Below are positions 47,161 through 59,370 of a stretch of 64,000 nt of DNA, piece by piece. Position 1 is the stretch's first letter. Every line of letters begins with the position of its first letter. Under the pieces are notes generated by a model. That model ran no database searches and was not told where the DNA came from. It saw only the letters and a program-made list of their open reading frames with translations. The DNA comes from Marsupella aquatica (Eukaryota; Plantae; Marchantiophyta). The stretch is from the NCBI GenBank assembly GCA_973895155.1, contig OZ316893.1:2500430-2564429 (forward strand). The letters run 5' to 3'. Position numbers and translations under genes: made by a program.

Positions 47161-50100
47161 ACCTCCATAGCCAGGAGCTCAAAGACCTAAGTGGACAAAA
47201 CCACCAATGGGAGGTCTTCTTCTCATTCCCAATGCACCACGTCAGAGTAGAGAGAAGAAGACGAGCACGAGGAGAAAGGCACATTAACAACTACTTTCCC
47301 AATTAAGTATGTCCAGATGTGATGAACAGGACATACAATAGTCTATTTGGGATCACTAATCAGTCAGAAGTACACGATTCGCAATCTTATAAAGTGTGAC
47401 TGGTACGCTGGTAAGCTACACAGGAGTTACGGTACAATTACTGACCGCTTTAATTAACAAAGGGCAGGAATGGAAACAATGCATGGCACGGTCTGCAGTT
47501 CGGGTAGCACACAAGCCGTGGCCAGATCGATGGCATCGTGGCTGGAAATTACTCACACCCAAGCCCAATTGCCCATTCAAGCCAGGGGAAGGATTTTGGT
47601 ACAGATGGCGGAGTTGATTGATTGAACAAGGTTTTTAGAAGGAGAAATATCAGATAACAGTATCCGAAAATCTTCAATCCATGTCCAAAGGTAAGATAAT
47701 AGAAATAGAACATCTGGGACAGTCAGAAAACGACCCAGAAAGGGGGGACAGATTTACAACTGTAGAGGATGGAAACCGAGGTAAAAATAGTGAATGTGAT
47801 TTAGTTTTGTCTGAGTGACCAAACCCTTGATTGGAAAATAATGCAGAGTATAAGACTGGGGAAATATAAATGATTGTTCCAGAAAGGAGAGAAAATTTTC
47901 GGAGGATGGAAAAGAGAGGGAAAAAGAGTGAATTTTGTGATTTATTTCCGTGTCAGTGACCTTGACTGGGAAAATAAATCAGACGATCCAAAAAGGACAG
48001 CGAAAAAATAATTATTGTAGCCTGGGATCTAAAAGACAGGGAAAAGAGCGAATGCGACGTAGTTCAATCTCAGCGACCAACCCAACTTCGGTGGAAGGAG
48101 GTCGTGGCCATTGCACATGTACTAAGAGGAACCCCGTGGTGATTTGAAAACTCAGCACACCGGCGAATTTTAGTTTACTGTATGCTCGACTGGCATGAAG
48201 GGGGTATAGTGAAGGGCAAGCCCACCGGTTACCTGGAAATTTTACTCCTAAAATGTGCACCCTGGATAGATCTTGGAAAACCCAGTAATGAATCGCTACG
48301 GTGCTTCTCAAATTCTGAGTAACCAACCAAACCCAATAAACTGAATACGCAATAGGATTCCACTTACCCAGTGGGCTTGCTCTCTTGGCGTGAGGTTACT
48401 TTGAATGGGCTTTACCCTTTTGGATGGATGTTAGTTGAAGGCCTATGTTATTTGGGTGGATTTGGTCAGCAACCCAGTAACTCCTGGAGGTACTCTAAGT
48501 ATACAGCAATCTGTGCAGGAAGCCAGCCACATAAATACCTGTCACGTCGTACGACGTTCAGCACAGATGAGAGCTGAGCTCAACGAACCCATGCAGGCAT
48601 GCACACAGGGACGAACGCTAATTCGGGGTTCAGTAGAATGATGGATGCGGCGGGTGTCCTTTAGTGGGGGATTGATGCACGATCACAGAAGCTGAAACTT
48701 CAAGGAGCGGTAACAACGACGTCGGGCAGGCCATGTGACGAGAAATGCGGGTGACTGATGAGCGATGAGTCGTTTGCCTGACCGGGTATGGTAAAGTAGA
48801 AAACGAGGAGAAGGTGCAGCCACACCCATGAGGTCCACCCAAGCTTGAAAGCGATTCGAAGAGAGGTACACTTGGGAACTGGATTAGGGGCTGCTGGCCG
48901 GCCTGACCACATTCAAAGTTTGACGTTGGATCCTTCACAGATCGGAGATTACGAAAAATCCGATCAGATCCTGCATGGCAGAAGATCTGGGCGTGAAGAT
49001 CCGCTGGGCCGGAGGTGGTCCCGTTGCTTTAGGTGCTGCTTCCTGATACCAAGAGAGCCGCACGGGGCAGGAAGGGAAACGATTATATATGCAGTTGGGT
49101 TTGAGAGCTTTGAAGGCATCATTCAGACATACACACAAGAGCAACGACAACCCGAGTTCCTCATTCCCGAGAAATGGATATTTTTGTCAAGTCATGACGT
49201 CTCTTGTCCCGGCTCTTGTCTCCTCCTGTCAGTGTGGTAGCTGTTCGGCACGAGCAACGTAAGCCTGGCCATTTTGTCTCGTTTCTCTGGCTTTCTCTCG
49301 ATCTGCAGCATATGGAGAATCATTTGGCGTGCCCGTTCTAATATTGGCAACTCACCAGTCCTTTCAATGCAGATCTATGGGCAGGCTAGCTCTTTACCTA
49401 TTACGTGCCCAAGCAGATCACCGCCGGGATCTCCGCTGATTCTACACTACAGTAGTTTCGATTCATAGGCCTCAGAATCTTGATGTCTGTCCCTCAATGT
49501 TTGTCTGTGCTTGCTTTCCATTTTCTTGTCTTTCTAGATTTGCTTTGCTTTGCTATCGATCGATACGATGCATTGTTCAAACCCTATTTAACGTCTTTCA
49601 TCCCCTTGTTGCTTGAAGACTATTCCGCCGAGGAGGAATCGAGATGATTAGTCCTCAAGTTGCCGGCTCGTTTGTCGACTTTGATTGGTGAGTGAGTTGC
49701 ATGTGAGCAATATATCTAATATATAGGGCCCTTTCATTTCTGCGGATAAAGAGCTTGCTAACTTTAAACTAAGTACGCAAGCTAGATGTCCCATTTACGT
49801 GTGATCCATGCTGTTGTGTTCTTTCAGTACGTTGTTCCGATATATACTAGCTAGCTTGGGGCCAAAGTTTGGGTGCGATCTTGGAGCCTTCTTCACTCAC
49901 GTCGGATATTATTTGGTTGCCAGAAACTCTGATCGAATCCCATAGTTTACATCTGGAGATCACAATTAGTTACCCTATTGTTGTCTTGGCTGCCATTCAA
50001 TCAGACGCTTGAGTGTGTGACTTGTGTCATATAGTGCCGGAAGAGTCTATTCCATTGAGTTGCATCTCCTGTCAGTGCATGTTTAACAATTCTATCGCGT

Positions 50101-50401
50101 TGGCTTACAAGGGGAAGTCGCTTACAGTGGAAGAGTGACTTATTTTGATCTTTGCTGGTGGTGGTGGGTCTGTCTCCCTTACAGCGCCTACAATCTTTTG
50201 TTTAGATAGTTTGATTTGTAGGATCTAACTGGGTTTTCAGATGCACTACAGACCTTGTATTCGATTTATTATATTTTGCGGCGTCTGTTAAGGTGAGGTG
50301 ACTCCAAGAAATACGTGCGATCAGTGCATTCAATGCAATATAGTAGATCCAGGATACTATACCCTCAGTAAACCCGAAACTTGAAATGCTCTTGGTCAAT
50401 A

Positions 50402-50729
50402 TATTGCATCGAATGCCATGACGACACTGACATAAGAGTCACGGTCCGTGATAGACGTTTCCAGAAATCAAGAAGATTCGTTTTGTCACATAAAGTCAAG
50501 CAGTTTGAGTGATGATGAAGTGTGTGTTGGGAATGCTGATGCACATCAATCGACCGATGTATTTTCCTCTGCAAATTACTCGGCCATTGGGTACGTCATG
50601 TACGTCCCATTGATCTGCATCAGCATACCCATCACATGCTTTGTCACCTGATATGAAGAAGTTTGGAACTCGTCGATCAGACGCATCATCGAATAACTGG
50701 ATGATGATATCAGCTATCATCGATCAATA
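50402..50729 (+). ncRNA. Candidate pre-miRNA / long foldback RNA
   Basis: Core stem 50513-50550 pairs with 50609-50646 over 38 positions, with 3 symmetric mismatches, 4 G-U pairs and no bulges. Outer stems are 50450-50465/50662-50678 and 50402-50415/50718-50729. Confidence 0.6.
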
Positions 50730-50749
50730 CTAGGGTCACATTCAGCATT

Positions 50750-51900
50750 TCTTGTTTATTAGCTACATTAGTGCTCAGCAAAGTTCTGCTCAATCTTGGA
50801 AGAAGTTTTCCTTTCGTCGTCTTCAATCGCTACCAGAAAATTGAGGTAGTGAAACTGAAGTGTCGAGCGACGTCAAATACTCCCAAGGTGCCAGGGTCAT
50901 AGTTACATTGTTTCTAGTATCCTCTCGTTCTTACCTAGGAATCCACTTCATGGACGGCGAGAAGGTGCAACTAGACATCCAAGTAGTATAATTATATCGA
51001 AGTACTTTCAAGGTGCGACAATGAGGTGAGACCTATACAGTTTGTCAGTCAGGATCACTGTAGATGTGGGACATGCCATATTTTGAAATACGTTGTCGCT
51101 CAGACCTTCAAATTAATAAATCATCTTTGTGGTACGTACCTCCTTTGTATCGAGCTCCTCTGATTGTTTGTTGGTTCGAAGTTCTTCTAGACATCGCTCT
51201 CGGTTAATCGCACCTTGGCTGACTTTCCGAGAAGAACGTGGTTCATAAACAGGTAGAAGAATTTGGTGACTATGCAGAGATCAACCTAGGGACTTGTGCA
51301 TTTGGATCAGATGGCTGCTTGCAATCATGGTGAACGTGACGACGGGGTGCTATCATAATTTAATGCAGATGTGTTGGGATTGGTGTGGGCATTTTAGTGA
51401 CTTTGAGTCTCCACCTATGCTTTAAATATCCAATAATGGCAGCGCTTGGACAACAATAGTGTGCTTCAGTGTTGCAGCCAAACTTCACAAGCGTAAGGAA
51501 GTGAAGACAGGCAATGCGAAGTTATGTAAACGAAGTTGGCAGTATCTGGAGGGATACTTGGGCTAGATGTTGGCAACGTTTCTGTCCTCATCTTCTAGAA
51601 CTACTGTAGAAGCTTTGATGTCATCGGCAGAAAGTCGAGAGTACTGAACAGCCAGGCAATATATATTAGGTGGACCAATCTATGATAGCTGGGTGCAGTA
51701 AGCGATTTGCCAGATATGACCATTTGTAGATCTTGTACAATAATGAAACGAACACATTGAGCAAGTCTCTCCCGAGAGTATTCTGCACAAAGTATATGTA
51801 CTCGGATTTACTGAACTCCTACAATTCTGATGTAATCTCTCCGATTCTCGTTTTATCTTGGCAATGAGGTCCTGGTCCTTTGTGAAGAAAACCCTTACAG
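50750..51900 (+). pseudogene. Decayed genomic duplicate of the intron, exon 2 and 3' flank of the At1g01500-like gene
   Basis: Colinear matches to ~36750-39120 include CGCTACCAGAAAAT, GAAA.ACGTTGTC.CTCAGAC, AAACAGGTA, TTGGTGACTATGC.GAGAT, TGGATCAGATGGC, TTTAATGCAG, AATGCGAAGTTATGTAAACG, GGGTGCAGTAAGC.ATTTGCCAG and TTCTCGTTTTATCT. The copy contains stops, indels and deletions. Confidence 0.85.
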
Positions 51901-54259
51901 GTTCACTGTTTGCAGGATCGAGCATAATGCAATGTCCCTAGCTTGAGGTCCAGTATTTGCAGGAGCAGAATACAAATTTCTGATGGTGTCCTTCAGTTTG
52001 GGGACAGTTATGCAAAATTTATATAATCTGCATCCAATGTTCACCACGAACCGCTTCATTTGGAGAGTTTGTAACTGAATTCTGCATGCGGTGCACTCAG
52101 TCTCGTTTGATCTGGGCAGATTAGTGCGTTAAGTTCCCTGTTGAAGAATAAATTGCATGACAGGAGTTCTTGTGAGGCGTTAAAGCACTCCAGATATACT
52201 GAAATGTGTTGCTTTTTGTGGTCCAAACGAAATCGGGAATCCAAACCCAATCCCATGATTGATTCCATGTGCTCCTTTTGTTATGATTGCATTCACACTC
52301 TACATCGGGCTCTACATGTATGAATTCAACAGCCTGGTGTTCACTTAACAATTGTGTAATGGATTTAAATTAAGCATAGTTTGGTTGCTTGTCTGCTACC
52401 CAGTCTGCTAGCACCCATGTAGCCACTTCGAAAGAGGTAATAAGGATTACCATTACTTAAGAAGCACGAGGACGGATTCAATGCATTATTGTATCAATTC
52501 TGACAGAGTAATGCAAAACTCTGTACAGAATGCAGTGGATCAATTATTGCAACGTGCTTGCCGGACTCTACAGGTTCATTATTTTACAGAAGAAGGCTTC
52601 CCCTATCTTACTGAAAGGAGCCCCAATTAATCGAAAGCACATCATCCAACTCCTGCACTTAGCTGACTGTCAAATCTTGAAGTTTTTAGGGGCGCTTAGG
52701 TTTTTTGTACCATATTTTTTTATATCACGGGTCAAAAAGACAAAAAGTCCAAACCGGGAGGGATCCCACAGGCAAAAACACCCAATAAAGGTGGGACAAG
52801 AGAAAGGCCCGGATAAGACCAAGAGGTCAAACATGTTTGAATGTCCTTTTTTTTTTTAAATTGAATGACTTGCACATGTTCCTTTTCTTTGATGATTTTC
52901 TGGCGAATGGAAAAGTAGCTTAGTTCTACATTACAATAAGAAAGTTGGTTTCTAAAACTATTATATGAAACGAGCGCATCAATGCCCAAGAGAGTTAATT
53001 GTTGTTTTTGAACTTTGTCACTTAGCAAACTGATCGACCAGTTAGAATCCACCACAACCCTATAGATTTATTGCCCCTACAGTATTAGCAACTACAAAAT
53101 AGCTTGACGATTAATATGCATAACAGTAGGAATTTTTGAGCTGAACATTGTAACCAGCCAATAAAGTTTTATAATTGTGGTCTACCATATGTTAGGCAGG
53201 ATTAGGAGGGAGGGGGCGAGAGTGCACGGGCAGCAGGAACTTGCCAAGCGAGGACCGCTGGTGAACCAGAGGAAGGGGTGTGCTGGTTGCATAAGATGTC
53301 TGTCTGGGTGTGGCAGGATGTACACAGCAATGGTGGCAGAGGGCCAGTCCGGCCGGAGCCAGGGCAGTTTGGCAAACCCAAGGGTACAGGGAAAAATCTC
53401 TTAAGTAAAAAAACCACAATTTGTCCCACCCAGATTGGATTTGTAAATAGACTACTGGAGGAAAGAAGTGGAATAATGTCTAGATCTTTTAAGAAGGTTT
53501 ACCAAGTAGGTCTATATGTTGGAAGACAATAGGACAAGCTTGGATTGGGGCATGGATAGAAAATTGCAATATTCTTGCTTATCAGCTTAATATATAATAT
53601 GTGATTTTTTTGGATTTCATTTTAAAAATAAGAGAAAGTGTGGGGGATGGAAGGTACTCATAACTTCGTACTCACAAAACCTGTTAGTAGGACTCGGTCA
53701 TTATAGACATTAGTACAAACCAATCATGAGCCCAGTAGATCAGCAGCAAAATGCCTGCCAGCAAGAGGGTCTCGAGGGCATGGGCTGAAAGTACTTAAGA
53801 TTCTTAATCTATGTAAGTTGGAATTCAAACTGGGTTCATATATGATTATAGCTGCCCCTAGGTCAACCCTGCACCAGAAGAAAACATGGCCCTTTATGAC
53901 CAACCGCCCAATGACGGAAATGCATAAATGACCTAAATTCTCAATGACACAAAATGAATGACCGGAGAATGACTGTCCAAATTGACCAATAGACTGAAAT
54001 GACAAAATGATTGTTTTTGCGTCATTTTGTAAAATGTTTGTAATGACTAATATGACCAAAATGACACAATTTTCTTAAAATGGTCAATTTAGACATATGT
54101 CCTAAATGACACAACCAATCACCACAATGATAAATCAGTGTTTAGCACCATTGTAGTCACTTTGGACAATGATTAAAATGACCGAAAACCTATTTGGGTC
54201 ATTTTGGACAACAATAATAAATGACAAAAAACCTGTTTGTCATTTTAACCGACAGTGCT

Positions 54260-54990
54260 AAATGACTAAATCTATGGTCAATCAAAATATCAAGATATAT
54301 CAATGTTTACAACAATATACAGTCATTATAGACTTGTCTCATAAATGACTAAAGCTAATGTCAATCAAAAACTCTTGATATATCAGTGTTTACAACAACA
54401 TACAGTCATTATGGACTTGTCTCATATATATGACTAAATCTAAGGTCAATCTAAAAATTAGGATATATCAGTGTTTATAACAACATAGAGTCATTATGGA
54501 CTTGTCTTATATATGACTAAATCTAAGGTCAATCTAAGAATTAGAATATATCAGTGTTTACAACAACATACAGTCATTATGGACGTGTTTCATAAATGAC
54601 TACTATCTTGTAGAGTCTATCTAAAAATCAAGATATATCAGTGTTGATGACAATATATTGTCATTACAGACTTGAGTCATAAACCTTGGGCCCTCAGTCT
54701 TAACTAATACGTGGAGGACGTGCGAATGCTCAAAAGATAGTTTTTATTCATTTTGAACTAATAGTTATAATTATTATCGGTAATAAGGGAACTTTTAATG
54801 GTAAAATGGAAATAACAAGGGGTTAAACATGAAAATGGCCCAATCGTAAGGGGTCCACTTCTTTTACATGGAGTGAGGGCCCAGGGGTCATAAATGACTA
54901 CTTATAGATACATTAAGCTATGTTGGATATATCAATGATTAAAATATTGTATAGTCATTGCAGACATAGGTCATAATTGTAGAGTCATTG
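54260..54990. repeat. ~83-bp tandem repeat x5-6, interrupted by a MITE
   Basis: ATGACTAAATCTA.GGTCAATC...GATATATCA.TGTTTACAACAACATACAGTCATTAT.GACTTGTCTCAT starts at ~54261, 54343, 54428, 54511 and 54594. A degenerate copy follows 54887. Confidence 0.9.
54684..54886. mobile_element. 203-bp MITE with 13-bp TIRs and 8-bp TSD
   Basis: TIRs CCTTGGGCCCTCA / TGAGGGCCCAGGG match at 12/13 positions. TSD GTCATAAA lies at 54676-54683 and 54887-54894. Confidence 0.85.
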
Positions 54991-55079
54991 AAGAATGCCA
55001 ATGACTACATTAAGGGCAATATTGGCTGTCATATTAGATGTCATTTTGACCAAATGACTGCATATGTCGTCATTCAAGA

Positions 55080-58000
55080 CATCCCTCATGGTGTCATTAT
55101 GGAAAAGCAAAAATGACCATTTTTGGTCTACGAGCTTAAGGTGGGCCCGAGTGTGCCATGGGCCCTACATAGAGGTGAAAAACTCTCCACTAGGTGCGGG
55201 ACACTACACTCATCATTGTCCAACCACTAGTTGAGGCATAAACACTTTGGACACATGTTTTTCCGTTTACTTAAGGCATGATGCACCTTTGGGGAAATCA
55301 CTCCCAAGTCATACGACTTTGGAGTGATTTGCCAAAAGTGTCACCATGGATGCATACCATCACATCCAAACGCAAACAAAAGTGGTATTTTTGTTCTCTA
55401 AGAGAGAGTGCAACACCAATAGAATGGGTGTGGTTGTTGTGCTTCCCTATATGGTGTGTGTGCGGGTTTAGGGTAGAGGAATATTCTAACCTTGCAAGGA
55501 ATCTAAAGCAGGCTCTTTGTGGAGGTACTAGGGCCTTTATTGGGTCATTTGTGAACAATGGTCTGTCATAAATGCCAATGACTAAAAGTAGGGTCATTAA
55601 AATTGTCATATGGGAAGTCATATAAGTCAAGTGACTGGACTTGTGGTCATTTGTGTGGTCCCTCATGCAGTCATTAAACAGAAGCACAAATGACCAGTGT
55701 GAGGCTAGGGGCTGAAGGTGGGCCCGAGTGTGCCATGGGCCCTACATAGAGGTGAAAAACTCTCCACTAGGTGCGGGACACTACACTCATCATTGTCCAA
55801 CTACTAGTTACGGCATAAACACTTTGGACACATGTTTTTCCGTTTACTTAAGGCATGATGCACCTTTGGGGAAATCACTCCCAAGTCATACGACTTTGGA
55901 GTGATTTGCCAAAAGTGTTACCATGGATGCATACCATCACATCCAAACGCGCAAACAAAAGTGGTATTTTTGTTCTCCAAGAGGGAGTGCAGCACCAATG
56001 GAATGGGCGTGGTTGTTGTGCTTCCCTATATGGTGTGTGTGCAGGTTTAGGGTAGAGGAATATTCTAACCTTGCAAGGGATCTAAAGCGGGCTCTTTGTG
56101 GAGGTACTAGGGCCTTTATTGGGTCATTTGTGAACAATGGTCTGTCATAAATGCCAATGACTAAAAGTAGGGTCATTAAAACTGTCATATGGGAAGTCAT
56201 ATAAGTCAAGTGACTGGGCTTGTGGTCATTTGTGTGGTTCCTCATGCAGTCATTAAAGAGAAGCACAAATGACCAGTTTGGGACTAGGGACTTAAGGTGG
56301 GCCCGAGTGTGCCATGGGCCCTACATAGAGGTGAGAAACTCTCCACTAGGTGCGGGACACTACACTCATCATTGTCCAACCACTAGTGGCGGCATAAACA
56401 CTTTGGACACATGTTTTTGCGTTTACTTAAGGCATGATACACCTTTGGGGAAATCACTCCCAAGTCTCCATGGATGCATGCATACCATCGGTTCCAAAGG
56501 TAAATGAAGCCATTTTTTTTGTCTCTCCAAGAAGTCGCGCAACACCAATGGAAGGTTGTCATACGTTTTAGGAACGTGTCATGTTTGTGCCAGTGTTTGG
56601 ATGGGGAATACTCCATTTTGCATACGAATAGTGTCGGGGCATTGTGAGTAGGTGTTGTAATCTTCATTGGGTCATTTTGGAGGAATAGAGTGTCATTAAT
56701 GCCAAAGACTACAATAAGGGTCATTTTGGCAGTCATTTTTTAGGTCATTTTTTAATGTGCCAAATGACGGCATATGGGGTCATTATAGAGGTCCCTCATG
56801 GTGTCATTATGGACCAACAGAAATGACCATTTTTGGTCTAGGAGCTTAAGGTGGGCCCGGGTGTGCCATAGGCCCTACATAGAGGTGACAACCCCTCCAC
56901 TAGGTGCGGGACACTATACTCATCATTGTTCATCCACTAGTTGCGCCATAAACACTCTAGACACATGTTTTTGTGTTTACTTAAGGTATGATGCACCTTA
57001 GGGGAAATCACTCTCAAGTCATACGACGTTGGAGTGATTTGACAAAAATATGACCATGGATGCATACCATCGTATCTAGCAAATGGAGCCATTTTTTGTC
57101 TCTCCAATAAGTAGCGGGACTTTGATTTAATTGTGTCATGTTTGTGTTGGTGTTTGGATGGGGAATATTCTATTTTGCAAATGAAGAGTAACGGGGCTGG
57201 TTAAAGGTAGTAATGTAATCTTTATTGGGTCATTTCTGAAAAATTGTGTCATAGGTTAATGCCAATGACTACAAGTAGGGTCATTAAAATAGTAATATAG
57301 TAAGTCATATAAGTCAAATGACTGGACTTCTTGTCATTTGAGGGGTCCTTCTTGCAGTCATGAAGTAGAAGCACGAATGACCAGTTTGGGGCTAGGGGCT
57401 GGAGGTGGGCCCTAGAGTGCCATGTGGCCCCACATAGAGCTGACAACCCCTCCACTACGTGCGGGACGCTATACTCATCATTGTCCAACCACTAGTTGTG
57501 CCATGAACATTTTGGAGTTATCTTTTTGCGTTTACTTAAGGCATGATGCACCTTTGGGGAAATGACTCCCAAGTCATACGACTTTGGAGTGATTTGCCAA
57601 AAGTGTCACCATGGATGCATACCACCATATCCAAAGGCAAATGGAGCCTTTTTTTTGTCTCTCCAAAAAGTAGCACAACACCAATGGAAGGCTGGACATC
57701 ATCCTTTGATCTAATTGTACATGTCATGGTTGTGCTGGTGTTTCAATGGGGAATATTCTATTTTGCAAATGAATAGTGGCGGGACACTCCAGGAGGTAGT
57801 GTAATCTTTATTGGGTCATTTATGAGAAAAATTGTGTCATAAATGCCAACAACTACAATTAGGGTCATTAAAATGGTCATGTGGGATGTCATATAAGTCA
57901 AATGACTGGACTTGTGGTCATTTGAGGCGTCCCTAATGTTGTCATTTAGGAAAACTAAGCAAAAATGACCAGTTTGGGGCTAGTGGCTAGAGGGACGCCC

Positions 58001-59200
58001 TAGAGTGCCATATGGCCCCACATAGGGCTTGCAACCCGTCCACTAGGTGCTGGACACTCTACTTACTATTCTCCAACCACTACTTGCACCATAATTAATG
58101 TTGAGCCATGTTTTTGCGTTTAGCTAAGGCATGATGCAGCTTTGGGGAAATGACTCCCAAGTCATACAACTTTGGAGTGATTTGCCAAAAGCGTCATCAT
58201 GGATGAATATCTTATATTCCAAAGGCAAATGGAGCCATTTGTTTTGTTTGTCCAAGAGTTAATGCAACACCAATGGAATGGGCATGCTTCCATCTATGGT
58301 GCATGTGCGTGCAGGTTCAAGGTAGAAGAATATTCTAATTTTGCAAGAAATCTAGGGCGGGCTCTTTTTGGAGGTACTAGGGCACAAGTTGGTCATTTAT
58401 AAAAAATGGTGTCATAATTGCCAATGACTACAAGTAAGGTCATTAAAACAGTCATCTAGGATGTCATATAAGTCAAATGACTGGACTTGTGGTCATTTGA
58501 GGCATTCTTTGTGCAGTCATTATCAAGAAGCACAAATGACCAGTTTGGGGCTAGGGGCTGGAGGTGGGCCCTTGAGTGCCATGTGGCCCCACATAGAGCT
58601 GACAACCCCTCCACTAGGTGTGGGACACTATACTCATTATTGTCCAACTACTAGTTGCGTATTGAACACCTTGGAACCATGTTTAAATGCGTTTACTTAA
58701 GGGATGATGGAACTTTGGAGAAATCACTCCCAAGTCATACAACTTTGGAGTGATTTGCCAAAAGTTGCACCATGGAAGCATACCATACTATCCAAAGGCA
58801 AACAAAACATATTTTGTCTCTCCAAGAGGAAGTGCAACACCGATGGAATGGGCGTGGTCATGGTGCTTCCCTCTATGGTGTGTGTGGATTCAAGGTAGAG
58901 GAATATTCCACTTTTTTCAAGGAATCTAGAGAGAGCTCTCTTTGGAGGTACTAGGGTAGTCATTTAGGAGAAGCACAAATGACCAGTTTGGGGCTATGGG
59001 CTGGAGGTCGGCCCTACATAGAGCTGGCAACCTGTCCACCGGGTGCATGACACTCTACATACTATTCTCCATGCACTACTTGCAACATAAACACCTTGGA
59101 ATATGGGGGTTCTCTTTTGGAGGTACTTGTGCTTCATTGGGCCATTGATGAACAATGCTAGGTCATAAATGCCAATGACCTTATATACTTAGTGTCATTG
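55080..59200. repeat. Tandem satellite, ~555-590-bp unit, ~7.5 copies
   Basis: The anchor GTGGGCCC.AGTGTGCCATGGGCCCTACATAGAG...CCACTAGGTGCGGGACACTA recurs at ~55141, 55718, 56297, 56851, 57404, 57992, 58564 and 59007. Confidence 0.95.
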
Positions 59201-59297
59201 TGGCTATGAGGAGAGAGGTTAAAATGACCAAATTGGGCCAGGACTAGAGGTCCTATACTTGACAGTCGCCCAAACTATTATTTTACCCAACAAATAG

Positions 59298-59370
59298 TCT
59301 CCCTTATGAGGGTTTGCGTCCTCCATTCTACAAAATCTCCCTTATGAGGGGTTGCGTCTTCCATTCTACA
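59298..59370. repeat. 38-bp tandem duplication
   Basis: TCTCCCTTATGAGGG.TTGCGTC.TCCATTCTACA occurs twice. Confidence 0.85.

Larger units (their letters stand above)
53690..59230. repeat. AATGAC/GTCATT-rich repetitive block (possible non-autonomous DNA transposon carrying satellites)
   Basis: Very dense AATGAC/GTCATT hexamers occur in both orientations throughout. The block contains the 83-bp and ~570-bp arrays; its termini could not be identified. Confidence 0.65.

Noticed and set aside
48544-48557. 14-bp palindrome ACGTCGTACGACGT
   Set aside because: A single short palindrome with no supporting context; it could be chance or a tandem ACGT site.
54260-54683. Regularly spaced repeats resembling a CRISPR array
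   Set aside because: Whole units repeat with no unique spacers, the context is eukaryotic, and there are no cas genes.
55278-58963. Recurrent short ORFs (MMHLWGNHSQV...) in the satellite
   Set aside because: By-products of the tandem repeat; frames are not preserved between monomers.
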